Origin: Octopus vulgaris
Taxonomy: Eukaryota
Reading direction: 5' to 3'
DNA: 64,000 nucleotides
Assembly: GCA_951406725.2 (NCBI GenBank)
Contig: OX597820.1
Location: 42,656,001-42,720,000 of the forward strand
Shown: one piece after another, positions 13,345 through 28,169 of the stretch
How the letters are laid out: the number at the start of each line of letters is the position of its first letter
Numbering within the stretch: the first letter of the stretch is position 1
Position numbers and translations under genes: made by a program
The notes under the pieces: generated by a model
Databases searched by the model: none
Told to the model about the DNA's origin: nothing
The model's input: the letters and a program-made list of their open reading frames with translations, nothing else

Positions 13345-14275
13345 AACCTCCTCGTCGAAACAAAACTCCGGAAGAAAACCAAAACTTTCAGGTAAGGGTC
13401 GGAATCTTACGCGAATTGTTGGAAAAGATCACAAAATTACAGCTCCCAAAATTACTGCAGAGCTTAATGACCACCTCGAGAACCCAGTTTCCACAAAAAC
13501 TGTTTGCCGGGAGCTGCACAAAGCCGGATTTAACGGTGAGGTTGCAATCAGAAAACTTTTAAAAATAAACGTTGCAAAGCGTTTAGAATGGAATAGAAAC
13601 CTACAGAACTGGTCCCTAGAGCAGTGGAAGAATGATATTTTCTCGGACGGGTCATCATCCTGTACCTTATTTCCGACCACCGGCCAAGTATACGTGTGGA
13701 GATAGCCAAAAGAAGCATTTGACCCAGACTGCCTTCTTCCAACTGTTAAACATGGAGGAGGATCTGTGATGATCGGGGGGCGGCTATATCTTGGAAATCC
13801 GCCGGCCCAATGGTTCCCTTCATGGCAGAATTAATAGTTAAGACTATTTAAGCATTTTATCTATCAAATACATCTTATGGTTGCGGAACACTTTCCGAAG
13901 AGAAACGCAGCCTTTCAGGATGATAATGCACCAATTCACACTGCAAAAGTTATTACAAAATGGCACGAGGAACATTCTAGTGAAGTTGAGCATATCTGGT
14001 TACTACTGTCCCCAGATCTCAATTATTGAACATTTATAGTGCATTTTAGAAAAACAAGTAAGGAGTCGATATCCTCCACCATCATCACTACAGGAACTGG
14101 AGACTGCTTTAGCTGAAGAATGGACAAAAATACCTTTGGAAACAACTCAAACTTTGTACGAATCCATACCTCGTAGAATTCAAGTTGTAATTACTACCAA
14201 AGACGGTCCTACCCCATATTAAAATAAAATTGGTTTGAAATTTTAAGGCGTTTCCTTTATTTTGTCCAACCCCTG
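13345..14275 (+). mobile_element. Tc1-type (DD34E-like) transposon, 5'-truncated pseudo-transposase with 3' TIR
   Basis: SGRKPKLS, W..IFSD, PTVKHGGGSVM, FQDDNAPIHTAK, SPDLN, ESIPRRIQVVITTKDGPTPY* (stop 14220-14222). The end TTTTGTCCAACCCCTG is followed by TA. Confidence 0.92.
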
Positions 14276-14709
14276 TATTTGTGCATAAACAGAAATGGAT
14301 TTCCAATCTAAATATAACAATTCAATGCTATTAACTGATGTGGATTTTTTGCTTATATTGAAAACAGTTGAGAGTAGATTTATTTTGGTACTATGACCAT
14401 ATTTAGAACTTGTAAGACTGAAAAAGTCATTCAACCGATACAATCTGGATTTCATTAACTATAACTACTTTTGTAAAACATACACAGGCGCGCGCGCGCA
14501 CACTCGCCGCATACAGACACATACAAACACATATATACAATAACCTAACAGACACAAGATAAAATAATCTAGTAATCATGCAACAATAAGTACAACAGTA
14601 CATACATGCACACAGAGACACACACATATACATACATGCATACATGCATACATACATACATACATACATACATACATACATACATACATACATACATACT
14701 TACTTACAT

Positions 14710-14902
14710 ACAATATCTAGATATGCAACTATAATTATGAGAATACATACATAAAACAAAACATAAAAATTTAAACATATACGTACAAAAATACCCTGTC
14801 AATGTCATCGAAATTTCAATGAAGAAGTCTTGTATCTAGGATAGAAACCGTCTCTTTCACTATTGGCAAGAAATCTAGAAATAAAACTAAATAATAACAT
14901 GC
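14710..14902 (+). mobile_element. 3' UTR fragment of the R4/Dong-like family
   Basis: TCTAGATATGCAACTAT..AAAAATACCCTGTC..TCTAGGATAGAAACCGTCTCTTTC..AATAATAAC. It begins directly inside a long (CATA)n tract. Confidence 0.85.
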
Positions 14903-14916
14903 ATGTATGTATGTGT

Positions 14917-14960
<44 letters not shown>

Positions 14961-15130
14961 TAAGAGAAAAGTTATATATATATATGTATATCTTTTCATT
15001 TTTCCAAAATTTAATTTTTTTCCATATTTACATAAAAGTCTCAATGAATGAAACCGGTACTGAAATGTTTTTTATAAAATAACTTTAGCATTTTCTACCT
15101 TGACTTTTTTTTCCATGTACATATATATAT

Positions 15131-16282
15131 AACAAAGGGTGAAATTTATTAAGAAGTAATCAGTAATTTCACCAAGTAGAATTGGGCATGAAAAGGACCA
15201 TTTCATGGTAAGCTTAAGTAATACTTTATAATTAGGGTTCAGCAACGATTTGCTTCACCACATACCGAAGTTTAGAAATAGCAGTCAAAAAATCTTAGCT
15301 ATTCCTTCTACTTTAAAGGAGGTTCCCAGAAAAACCAAAGCACTTGAAAACAAACCACGCAGGCAAAAGGGAAAAACGACGAAAATCATTCTAGATATCT
15401 TGCAAACAACTTGCACATGCAAGTGCTACCAGTTAAAAGCTCCGTATATCGGAAGAAATCCAGTGGCTAGCCTTCTCCACTGTAGATTGGATATCAGTCA
15501 TGGTGGTATTGACTTTACGATGAGTTAGGCCTAACGATAACAACAGAAAAACCAAAGCACTTGAAAACAAACCACGCAGGCAAAAGGGAAAAACGACGAA
15601 AATCATTCTATATTAGGTTACCCACGGACGTACGTTTCGGAATTAGATCAGTATAAAGCATAAATAATAAATAATCATACCTTACCCGACCATTTTCGGC
15701 TCTTCAGCGTGGGATTCCTCATTTATAAATTATTACATATTAAATTTGAAGGCACTGAAAAATATCTCTTCACCTAACGGTATCAGAGAGGTCATATTCA
15801 GTGCTAGTGCCGCCAAATTCAAAAAACGAATGAGAGTAAGTCATCCTCCATCGCCCACCAGCGTGTTGCCAAGCAAGATGCTACAGAGAGAAACTGTAGA
15901 TTTTTTTTTATCTGGGAGAAAAATTCCATTATCAATAATAACAAAGGGTGAAATTAATTAATTAAGAAGTAATCAGTAATTTCACCAAGTAGAATTCGGC
16001 ATGAAAAGGACCATTTCATGGTAAGCTTAAGTAATACTTTATAATTAGGGTTCAGCAACGATTTGCTTCACCACATAGCGAAGTATGTGGGTAACCTAAT
16101 ATAGAATGATTTTCGTCGTTTTTACCTTTTGCCTGCGTGGTTCGTTTTCAAGTGCTTTGGTTTTTCTGGGAACCCCCTTTAAAGTAGAAGGAATAGCTAA
16201 GATTTTTTTACTGCTATTTCTAAACTTCGGTATGTGGTGAAGCAAGTCGTTGCTGAACTCTGATTATAAAGTATTACTTAAG
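15131..16282. mobile_element. Penelope-type pLTR cluster: direct and inverted repeats carrying a hammerhead
   Basis: 15131-15392 is partly repeated at 15545-15610 and 15938-16084, and inverted at 16086-16282. The cluster is bounded by (TA)n. Confidence 0.75.
15621..15713 (-). ncRNA. type I hammerhead ribozyme, intact core, extended stem II
   Basis: Minus: CCCACG CUGAAGA [62-nt hairpin] GAAA C-GUAC-GUC CGUGGG. Perfect 6-bp stem I and a palindromic ACGUACGU mini stem III. Confidence 0.8.
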
Positions 16283-16544
16283 CTTACCATGATATGGTCC
16301 TTATATATATATACATACGTACATATATACGTATGTATGTATGTATGTATTCTGTACTTACATGCACACATATAATGTTCAACCTTTTTTCTTATCTTTA
16401 ACCATGATAAACTTCACTTGTCTTCCTGAACGCTATTTGCAACGATTATTTTACGAGTGGATATAACTTATGTTTTTATTTTTACTTCGCAATGCACAAT
16501 ACAATAGAATAGAAATTCACCGAAGTTCAAAAATATGTTATCTT

Positions 16545-16600
16545 GCCCCAGCATGGCCACAGCTCATAAGCTGAAACTAGAATCAATCAATCAATCAATC
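16545..16600 (+). mobile_element. SINE 3' tail fragment with (AATC)n end
   Basis: GCCCCAGCATGGCCACAGCTCATAAGCTGAAACTAG resembles the family C tail (47310-47345, reverse complement). Confidence 0.55.
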
Positions 16601-16829
16601 ATATGTTTAAGCTGCATCATATAAATGTATCACACACATACTTAATACGTACTTTTATGGCGATGAATACGCGTATGTGAAAAGCTATTTATCTATTTAT
16701 AAGACTACGAGTGCATGCTTTTGCGCGCGTGTGAGAGAATCATAGTCACACAAACGCAAGTATGGTAGTACTAATGTTCTTTCAGTCACTTTCAACGTTC
16801 ATACATACGCCCCCATACATACATATATA

Positions 16830-16878
<49 letters not shown>

Positions 16879-17049
16879 TCATACATACATACATACATGC
16901 ATACATACATACATATGTACACACACATATATACATATACATACATATATTTGCATATATACATGCATATAGGTGTGTGTATATATATGCATATATATAT
17001 AGAGAGAGATATGTGTGTATCTATCTATTTATCTATCTATCTGCCTATA

Positions 17050-17119
<70 letters not shown>

Positions 17120-18008
17120 CAAATATGTATGTGTGTATATATATATATACACCACATATACATACAATCATTCACGTATGTGTGATGTCTGTGTGGTGCA
17201 TGTGTGTGTGGGTGTGCGTGCGTATAATATGTGTATATGTGTCGTCTGCATATATTTATGAGTGATAGTAATAACTTTCTTGTATAGCACTTCGAAGTTC
17301 GACATTTCGTTGTTAACCATGCAGGTCAAACTAGGGGAGACAAGATGTGAAGAAACGAATGCGCTGATAACTTGATATTAGTTAATGTGCGGTTCTACTG
17401 CTCATGTGCTAGAACAAGAGAAATGCCCCCGGTAACTTCTGTTAGTGTCACCATTACCGAAAGTAATTCTAGCACTTTCTCAACAGAAATCGATACTTTT
17501 GCCTGTACAGAAAGTGTGAATTCTTTCCTCTCCTTCTTTCATTCCCATCTTTCTCTCTCTCTCTTTCCCTCTCTTTATTTCATTTTCTTTTCTTTTTATC
17601 TATTTCTTTTGCAAGTCACAAGAAACGACAACTTCTGTGCGTCTTTCCTTTATAACGTTTCACACGTAAAAGAGACTTGAAGGATTCGTTTGATGAACGG
17701 GGCCTGAAAGAGCTTCCAGCTAACTAGTCAATGTGTTGGATTGGTTTGCTGAGAATAAGAATAAAGTTGGTGTGGAAAGAAACGGAATTGAGTAGAGTGG
17801 TGGTTGTATTGGTGGTGGTGGTTGTGGCGGTGTTTGACTAAGGTGTAACTAGTTGGTGAAATAACAGTTTCTTTACTTTGTGGTTTGGTTGGTTTGTGGC
17901 TGGCTGGTCGGCTGGTTCGTCGGACGGTTTCTCTGGTTGATTTAATACAATAGCTATAATTGGAATTCCCCACTGGTACGTTAGCAGAAACAGCTAAAAG
18001 TATGATGG

Positions 18009-18447
<439 letters not shown>

Positions 18448-18454
18448 CTAACAA

Positions 18455-19620
18455 ATCTTTACATTGATGTTTTCCAACATCCTAGTAAGATTCCCTCTTG
18501 GTTAGTTCATGGTTTAATATTCCTACTTCCAAAAAGTGAAGAAACAAATGAACCAAAAAATTATCAACCCATAAACTGCTTAACAACAATGTATAAAACG
18601 CTAACACCTGTACTGACTGAATATACTTATAGATTTTTAATAGAAAGTATCATATTCCCTAATGAGTAAAAAGGATGTAAACGTGGATGTTATGGTTGTA
18701 AAGATCAGCTACTCATCAATAAGATGATCCTAGAAGATTGTCACAAACGACGCAAAAACTTGTCAATAGCTTGGATAGACTATAAAAATGTTTTTGATAG
18801 CCTACCACATAGCTGGATTAAGAAATGCCTGGAAATGTATACTCTGAGAAACTTTTTGTCTGTAAGTATGAGATCATGGAGAACCACACTGACTTTGAAC
18901 AGTGACAGTGAATCTGTAAATGCTGGAGATGTGTCATGTGTCATTTTTCAGGGTGACTCATAATCACCACTCCTCTTTTGTTTAGCCTTAATACCTCTCT
19001 CAAAATTGCTCAATGATGCATAGTACGGTTATAATATGTTTGATAAAAATATAAATCATCTCATTTACATGGATGATTTAAAGCTATTTCCAAAAAAATG
19101 ACCAACAACTCAAAAGTTTAGTAGAGATATTTAAACAATTCAGTGATGATATCAGGATGCAATTTGGCCTCGATAAATGTGCCAAAGCTACCGTTATCTA
19201 ACGAAAATTGAGAGAAACATCTAACGTTAACCTTGACCAGTAGAATGTCATAAAAGTGTTAGAACCAGCGGAGAGCTATAAATATCTAGGGGACGGAATG
19301 AAACATGCAGTGATGAAGGAAAGGAACAGAAGAAAATGTTATCGCAGGGTGAGAGCATTACTGAACACAGAGCTGAATGCAAGAAACAGGATGGAAGCAA
19401 TCAATGCTTTAGCCATACCAGTCGTGACTTACAGTTTCAATATCAGTAACTGGTCAATTAATGAAATATGTAATCGTGACAGAAAAATACGAAAACTGTT
19501 GACAATGCATAGAATGCACCACCCTAAGGCAGATATAGAACGACTTTATCTGCCAAGGAAAAAGGGAGACCGTGGACTTTTACAACTAGCACTAACAATG
19601 AAGATTGTCCCAATTGGTAC
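18455..19620 (+). mobile_element. RLE-type (R4/Dong-like) LINE RT domain, degraded
   Basis: [77 protein letters not shown] (~19055-19090), FGLDKCAK, SYKYLG, RLYLPRKKGDRGL. It starts next to (AAT)n. Confidence 0.93.
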
Positions 19621-19684
19621 TCAGTGTATGGAAGTTTTCTTTCGAAATGAGAGGCAAAAAAGACACACCATTAACCCGTGTGTA

Positions 19685-20031
19685 CTTTTACTTTTCTTCT
19701 TTTATTTGTTTCATTCACTCGACTGCAACCATGCTGGGGTACCGCCATGAAGGGCCATACTGGGGCACCACCATGATGGGTTGAACAAATCAGTCTCAGT
19801 TCTTATTTTCTAAAATCTGGTGCATATTTGACCGGTCTCGTTTCCCGAATCGCTTTGATATGAGACCTTAAACTAACCGACACTGATTAACAATGTGGAT
19901 AAGCACAACCACCAAGACACACACAGACACACACGTCTCCCCTTCTCCCTCTCTCTCTCTCTCTCTCTCTCTAATATATATATATATATACATATAATAA
20001 CAATAACAGCAACAACAACAACAATAATAAT

Positions 20032-20124
<93 letters not shown>

Positions 20125-20247
20125 AATTAGTCAAAATCAAAAGAAGAGTGCCATTGTTATCTAGGGAACGATATTTCGACATCTTGTGTGTCTCCATCTG
20201 GTTCAAAAAATAAGTTTGTTAGTCTACTTTATATATATGGGGAGAGT

Positions 20248-20297
<50 letters not shown>

Positions 20298-20478
20298 TAC
20301 ACTATACGCACACATGATGTGCTTCTTTTAGTTTCTCATTACGAATTCCATTCACGTAGTTTTGGTTTCCCCGATCCTAGTGAAAAAAATATTTGCTAAG
20401 GTGCCACGCAGCAGCATTGAACCCTAAGCCATGCGTTTGAGAAGCAATCTTCTTATCACATCGCTTTGTCAGCGCCTG
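19685..20478 (-). mobile_element. SINE family C, diverged, split by an expanded internal microsatellite region
   Basis: The tail (19685-19915) and head (20320-20478) match the two halves of 47296-47716. Confidence 0.65.
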
Positions 20479-20879
20479 TGTCTGAAGAATTTATCGTCAT
20501 CATATCTATATAGCTCGCGGTTTTACCAATATGGCAAACCACAATGCGAAACCAACTTCAGGTCAGTGAATTTCGAAGGCCCTGGTAGAAGAACTCGGGA
20601 ACGTAATCAATCACTGATCTTTCGACCGTGAGAAGAATTGGTAACTTTATGGAAATATTAGTGCTGATTACACTTGAATATCTTGTAAAATTTCCGAACG
20701 ATTTCACATTCAAGGGTTCAGAAATATGGCAATGTTAGGGAATAAAATCCCAAGAAGTTTCAGTTTCATTGGCGAACACATCTTCGGGGCCTCTGTTGGC
20801 ATCTAAAGTAGCGAAGTAATAACTTCGCTACTACAAACACTAAGAACTGCAACCATGTCGTCGTCGTCGTCGTCAATTC

Positions 20880-20935
<56 letters not shown>

Positions 20936-22399
20936 GTTCTCCTCATCCTGTACCTCATTATCATTACCAACAACATCACCAGCAGCAGTGAAAACAAAAA
21001 CAACTATCAATCATCGGCAACAATGCCATCTACTCTTATAGCTACTTTAAAGCATGTAATAACTACATTAACGAAAATGCAGAGACTACAGATAATCAAT
21101 CTTTATGGAAAACATATTCAACAGCATTTTCTACAATGTTCACGAGAAAGTGGACTCCTTCAAACATCACAAACCTTGAAATTTCCATGGAGATACCCTT
21201 GCATTCTCCGTTCTCAGGAAGTCGGGTGAAAAGACAACCAAGCCTATATGTTCGATACTTGAGACCCGAGTTGAAATTTGGCTGATTTAAATCATAGTCC
21301 TGTCAGGTGAAAATCAGCAGAAATAAGAGTTTCAACAAAAAGTATAATGTAATCAGCATCATCAGCAACTACCTCAACACGAACAGCAAAGCCAACAATA
21401 TCCAAAGAACACCAACAACAGGAACAATGCATAAAATAACAATAAATTCCAATGATTATTGTTACAGTAGAAACCGTGAACATTTACTAAACTCCTCAAT
21501 TTTGCTATTTCAAAAAATTAGAAACACAACAAAATAAGCAGAAGCAAAAGAAAGCATATGTCTGGTAGACAGATCAAAAAGTGAAAATGACACACACGTT
21601 GATGTGACAACATAACACAAATAATTTCAAAAACTATCACCAACACCGAATGAACGGGAAAGCATTTAAAACTATTCCAGTTGCCATAATTTTGTAGGCG
21701 CCAAAATTTTTAAGGAGAGAATAAAAAATGATATGAAATGTATCCCAAAACGAGCCACATGAACAGTTAGGTAAACGGCTTGCTACCACTCTTATCGGAT
21801 GTAAAATTATCAGTGACTCAGCGAGATGTTAACGTCTCTCAATAAATTATAATGTTTCCAAATATTTGGTAGCGAGTAAATGTTTAAATGCGTCAAGTGG
21901 ACTTAAACTAGAGCCGGTTCTCCAGAATATCTCAATGGGTTTCTTTATTTTACTGACAGTGACAGCAGACGATATTAAGAATTCAGATCGTTGACTGCAC
22001 AGACCACAAGTGTATTGATACACAAGTTAAGGCTAGATTATATAGAGGGAAACCCGGTCAATTTGAAGCTGAATATGCCGCTTCTGATGCGAAAATGCTT
22101 CTGAAACTGGTTGGTGCGTTTCTTATACAATATTTGAGTGGGATTTTAAACATTTAGTTTCAAATAGTTGTTATAATAAGGATGATGATAATAATAAGTA
22201 AATAAATAAATAAATATTCACATTATTTTGAAGCATTTCGTGACCAATTCTTAAAATAGTTGTCACGTATATTCCATCTGCTTTAATGCAAGAAAAGAAT
22301 GTGTTAAGCGTCTCTTATACATTTTACTATAAATTGCCATATCCTCAAAGCCACGTTTTTGATGGCACAAAGAATCTATACAATCAGCCGTTCATAAAG

Positions 22400-23080
22400 T
22401 CCCATGAACTGCGTTATACAAACCAACAACTGACAAAATCAATAAACGACGAATTAATAAAATTGGTAAGAATGTAGCAAAAGAAGCTCATATTGTTGAA
22501 CGCCCCAAACTTCATTTAAACTTGATGAATCAACTCTACCGAAAGCTTACTTTTATAGTAGCTTCGGTTTACAGGCGAAGACAGCTGGCATGTAACTAAA
22601 GGACATGTGCATTGAAGAAGATTTTAATAAGAAAAAGTGTTCGCATAAATTTAATAATAGAGACAAAAATAAGGCCTGTCTTACCACCGTGGATAGATTG
22701 TTCATTTAAAAATATGCAGTACCAAATTTAGTCCTGGAGCTTTGTGTAGTTCATCAGTAATACTTTGTTGCAAAGAAAATCTTGCTATTTTACACTAAAA
22801 CGCACTCGATGTTGAAAGACGCCTGTCTGAGTTGATTTTATATACTCTTTCAAACAGGATTTAAACTCTTTGAAAACAAAAATGTTTTCCAGCGAAGCAA
22901 CTTGAAAGCAAATATCTCAGATTATATTTGAAGTTCAAATATAATTTCAAGTTCAATGAAAATAAGTTGAAGCTGCAAGGTAAGCAACTGAATTCGATGA
23001 AAACGAAAGCTGTTTTATGTGCATTTGTTTCAAAGCTTGGCTTGTTGAGACTCAGTTTGAAAAGTGGGGAAAAAGGAGCA
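22400..23080 (+). mobile_element. hAT (Buster/Charlie-like) transposase relic
   Basis: SFKLDESTL (22509-22538, cf. xLDEST), LCVVHQ*YFVAK (cf. HCxxH), LLFYTKTHSMLKDACL (cf. LLxHTEVRWLSxG), KFNENKLKLQGK..AFVSKLGLL, in the expected order. Confidence 0.7.
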
Positions 23081-23503
23081 ACTGACTCAGTCGGACGTAG
23101 AGATTTGGAGATGCTGCTAAAATATGAACTGGATATAAAAATATATTAGTCTTCTTACATGAAACCTGTTTTTCACATTAATGAATCGAGTAATTTGTAT
23201 AATTATATTGCTTTTTGCAATATAATGGTTTCAAACGTTTTTAAAATTCGAATTCAATTCCAATTTCAAATACCAGGTTTAAGCGACTTTAATCGTCGCA
23301 CTGGATATCCCGTAGGGCAAGTTCCTTCCTCGAAAAACAATACAATACTTTAGATAACATCTCTTTGAATATTATACAGGATGGCCACGGCTGGAATTAT
23401 TTAGATCATTTTATGTAATTTTAACAATTACAAGTTTACACTCCGCCTCCCAAATTATAATTATCAAATTGCGCAAACACACGCACACACACACACACAC
23501 ACA

Positions 23504-23538
<35 letters not shown>

Positions 23539-24587
23539 CTGTATGTATGTATATATATTTATTATTATGATATATCATTATATTATTGTACTCATAGACT
23601 TCCATAGTCGCTTCCACACTGTAACTTAGAACGCCATCTGGCTTGTTTATAAATATTGTCATATTAGACAGTTGAAGTATATATACGTAAAATTTGGCTG
23701 AAATTGACAGTTGAGCTTTTAGCCCTATCGGATACGGATGTGGCTATTTAAGCATTGATATGTGGGTTCAATTCTGGTCAGGCTTAGTTCATTATTTTTC
23801 AGTTAATTTGTTTATATATCACGTCACTTAATTCGGTGAAATTATCATATGTTATTATTGTACTAATAGATTTCCTTACTCACTTTCTCTCTGTAAGTTA
23901 CAAATCCTTCTAGCTTGTCTATAAATGTTATATATAAATATGTATGTGTGTGGATATTTCTAAATACATCCAATAGAAAATACAAGTATTTAGTATCTAA
24001 TTTTTGCAACTTATTGTCTGAGACATGATATCCGAGACGTATGGGTATCACTAAATAATGGCATGGAAATAAGTTGGACGTATAAGTAACAATGTTAATG
24101 GAAATATCTTACATAACTGACGATGAGAGAAAATTACGGAAAAACTATACTCTAAAATGAAACGGTGAAATATAACTGGTAGCACATATCTCAAATGGAG
24201 CAGGGATAATTAAAGAAAGTTATAGATTTTTCTTCATAGTCAGACAAGAGGTTTATTGCTTAGTGGGGTAGAAGGGACTATGCCACATCATAATAAGTAT
24301 GTCAATTCTAGTCAAAAATATTAATAAAAATATCAGTCAATTACACATCCTGAATAAGAATAATATCGTTGGACGCAGTGGTGAAATGTATGTATCCTGT
24401 GGAAGCATCGATTATCTCCGAAGAATAAACTTCTCAGTGAACCATAGCATGTTTTGTAATTTTTTATTTTATGCATATTGACTATTACATTCTAGCGTAT
24501 TTTCGGAGGAGATATATCTAATTACATGGGCGGTAGATGTTCAGAATCCACTTCTCATAAAATGCTTTGAAATATTCAGTTAAATAT

Positions 24588-24795
24588 AAGGAGGGGAGAT
24601 GGGAGAATCGATATTACGTTGAACAAAATGCTTAGCGGCATTCCGTCCATCTCTGTTCAAATTCAGCCGAGGTTGACTTTGCCTTTCATCCTTTCGGAGT
24701 GGATAAATTAAGTACCAGTGAAATACTGGGGTCGATGAAATAGACTACTTCATTCCCCAAAATTTCAAACCTTGTGCCTATACTAGAATGGATTA
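24588..24795 (+). mobile_element. tRNA-derived SINE family A (Meta-domain-like)
   Basis: GTTCAAATTC B box followed by GACTTTGCCTTTCATCCTTTCGGAGTGGATAAATTAAGTACCAG. It runs into (ATT)n. Confidence 0.85.
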
Positions 24796-25003
<208 letters not shown>

Positions 25004-25006
25004 CAT

Positions 25007-25216
25007 TACGTCAGCGGGCTGGCAGAATCTTTACCACTTCGTACAAAATGCTTTGAGGCATCTCATCGGTCTAACGTACTGAGTTCAAATGCCACCGCTG
25101 TCGACTTTGCTCTTCATCATTTTCCGGTCGATAAGATAAATACCAGTCATGTACTGATGTCATGGATTTATTCCCCCCCCCCCGAAATTGCTGGCCTTGT
25201 GCCTTAATTGGTAACC
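25007..25216 (+). mobile_element. SINE family A
   Basis: GCTGGCAGAATC head, GAGTTCAAATGCC B box, GTCGACTTTGCTCTTCATC..GTCGATAAGATAAATACCAG. Confidence 0.8.
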
Positions 25217-26019
25217 AGTGTTAAGCTATTTATTATAAGATATGGTGTTCTATCCAGCTGTAGTCAAACAAAATCAATAATACCCTTAAAGTTGATGCCC
25301 CAACATAGCCTCAGTTCAATTACTATATTCAGTGTGCGAATAGCCAGTGTTTTTATTTGTTCCAGTAAGAACTTTCGTGCGTATGTTTCTCTAGATTTTC
25401 TGCAGGGATGTATATAAAGTGGGGAGGGGAAGAAAAAGAAGTGAAAGTAAAGAACAAAAGCGAAATAATAAAAAGAAAATTAAGAAGACAGAGAAAGGTG
25501 AGGGTTAGAAATAAAATAAGAAAATAAAAAATCACAGGTCTAGAATTATTCTAACGAAGTGACTATAACAAACATGACAAAAGAATTACCACAGCATTTT
25601 GGAAGACAATTCAACCACTGCTACGGCTACAAGAAATTTCAATCATACAAATGAGGGTTAAGCCGAGTTCCCATTAGTGATGACATTGCTGTACGATTGG
25701 TCCTGGACAATCAACTAAATAACGGATAGGAGAAGATGGAGGTTAGGAAAGAGAATCAGGTTTTATCAACGTTCGTTATCGAATGGTGTAATTCCTATAA
25801 ATAGATGTTAAAACTTTCCTCAAGTCATATTCATATTGCCATGCTGGATATTTGGAAACGTTTTGTATAGTTCTCGGCCCCAAATTTCTTTGAAATCTTC
25901 TGATCTGGTTGTCGTATTTAACCCAGAGCTTCCATGTGAAGTATGCATATGATATTTTTCAAGCATTTTCAAGATAGAGGAGAAACAAATGCCTTTTATC
26001 TTAATTGATAGGTATAATT

Positions 26020-26990
26020 AAAATATTACTTCCCCTTATTATTGATAACATAACTGTATCTATTTGGCAAATTGTTGATCTCCTTGAGTGCATAATGCTT
26101 CAAGTTTCGAAGAAAAGAAGCACTCGATACCGTTTTCAATCTCTTCACAATTAATAAACTGATATCTCACTTTATAATGTTACCAGGATCTGAAAAGATG
26201 ATAATCAGATGGATCAAGGTCATGAAAGTAATAGGATCGAGGCAAAACATTTATATTGTCATAATATTTTCCTGAGTGACTCGAATAATATGTGGTCTTG
26301 TATTTACGTATAAAAGCAACACCCTTTACGATTGACGGATAATGGGTGCTTTTGTTCTGTTCATTTTTGTACAAGGTTACAATTGACCACAAATATTATG
26401 CATTAACTATTTCGCTTTGGTCTAATGCAAACCTTTGTTTCATATCTCACTAAGCACAGAAAAGTTTTTCTGTGCGTAGGCGTAGTTTAAGGATGGAGTC
26501 TCCTTTCTTATTAAATGCTAACCATTTTCATTATCGTTAGATGTTATTGCAGAGAATCCAGTTTTCTCACTTGTGGTGACTCTAACCAGTGAATGTGCTC
26601 TAGTAAGTGTATTTTCAATGACACGAAGAGGGCAACAATTTGAGAAGGACACAGATGATGAGGGACCAGCTGACGAAGTTAAGACATTTTAATTAGTTCG
26701 TGGAGGTGTTTTATGATCAATGTATGAATAGAATTGAACTGATTGCATCCCTAATTTTCGGGTAGTTTGTTCTTTTTTTATTTTCTTTAACTTCAGTTTT
26801 CAGAATCTCAATAATCACTTGGTCGGCTAGATTCAGAGAAATCTGCGAGGGAAAAATAAATTACCAAACCATCGTTCCCATCCCAGGACACTTAAAGCTT
26901 CATTTCCATTGACAATGAACATTTCTTGCCGTTTCCATTGCTGAACATCTCACTTTGAATTCAAACAATGTAGCAGGGTCTGATACGAGA
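26020..26990 (-). mobile_element. mariner transposase relic, highly degraded
   Basis: Minus: LFEFK..ETARNV near 26930-26970, DLDPSDYHLFRS (26180-26225), and C-terminal INNLPNRY..VINNKG. Confidence 0.7.
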
Positions 26991-27249
26991 CGGATGTACA
27001 ATAATGTCTAAAAGGGTGAAATCGATATGACTGTGGGATAAAGTGGTCTACAAAGTAAGATCGAACATTAGAATATACAAATTACAGAAAAACTACACTG
27101 AAAGTGATCATGGCGAAAATACATTTGGAAGTTCTTTCCACAGAAGTGGGAGACAGAGGGAAGAAGCCATACACCTACATGCATGTATATACATACATAA
27201 ATAAACACTGAAGTGTACCAATCTATATATCTAACTCTCTTTCTGTTTG

Positions 27250-27286
<37 letters not shown>

Positions 27287-27418
27287 CCTCGAACACACAA
27301 GTGCAAACAAGGGAGTCAGAGAAAGGCAGAATGCCACTTATATCTGAACACTACTATAGAAATATTCCTTTTAAAAAAAACTTTTCTTTTAATTTTTCTA
27401 AATTTAATTATTTAATCG

Positions 27419-27462
27419 TTACAGTTGAAAAGGTCTCAAAATGACCGAAACCGGTACTGAAA
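27419..27462 (+). ncRNA. degenerate minimal hammerhead motif
   Basis: cag TTGAAAA ggtc-tcaaaat-gacc GAAA ccg GTA ctg, with palindromic ACCGGT. A related repeat lies at 15036-15115. Confidence 0.5.
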
Positions 27463-27511
27463 GATTCACTATAAAATTATCTTAGCATTTTCTAGTTTTG
27501 ACTTGTTTTTT

Positions 27512-27593
<82 letters not shown>

Positions 27594-28169
27594 GCATATA
27601 TGCATATATGTATGTATGCATGTATGTATGTATAAATGCATACATGCGTACGTGCGTGGTGTAACATAATAACAATGAGTAGATCACACGTCAATTTCGA
27701 ACTATGAACGCTGACCTAACCGCACAAAATGGAAAGCGAATAGCTGTCAAGCTTAACCTGAGAACGTCATGCTTACGCCTTTTGGAAAGCATGACTAAAG
27801 GGTGAACTACATATTCATTCGCTTAGTTATGCCATAAAGAAACAATGTTAGTAAAGATGCTTCAATATATTTACCAATCTATGAAACCGAGCATCCTATT
27901 CATCTCCCAATTTTCGCATAAATTTTCAGTTTTTTTTTAGTCATCAGGACTTATAGTCTAATCTTGTGGGTTTTAAAGAAAGCATAACCGTTTTATATGA
28001 ATCTCTATGAGTAGCCCTGCAATTCATCAATCGCGATGATAAAAATTCTTCTTGGAGACTTTAATGCATGTATCAGAAGGACCTACGAATCATGGTCAGA
28101 TATCATCGGAACGGAAGAAGTTGGTGATTGCAACGAAAATATATTGTTACTCCTGCAAATTTGTCCGCA

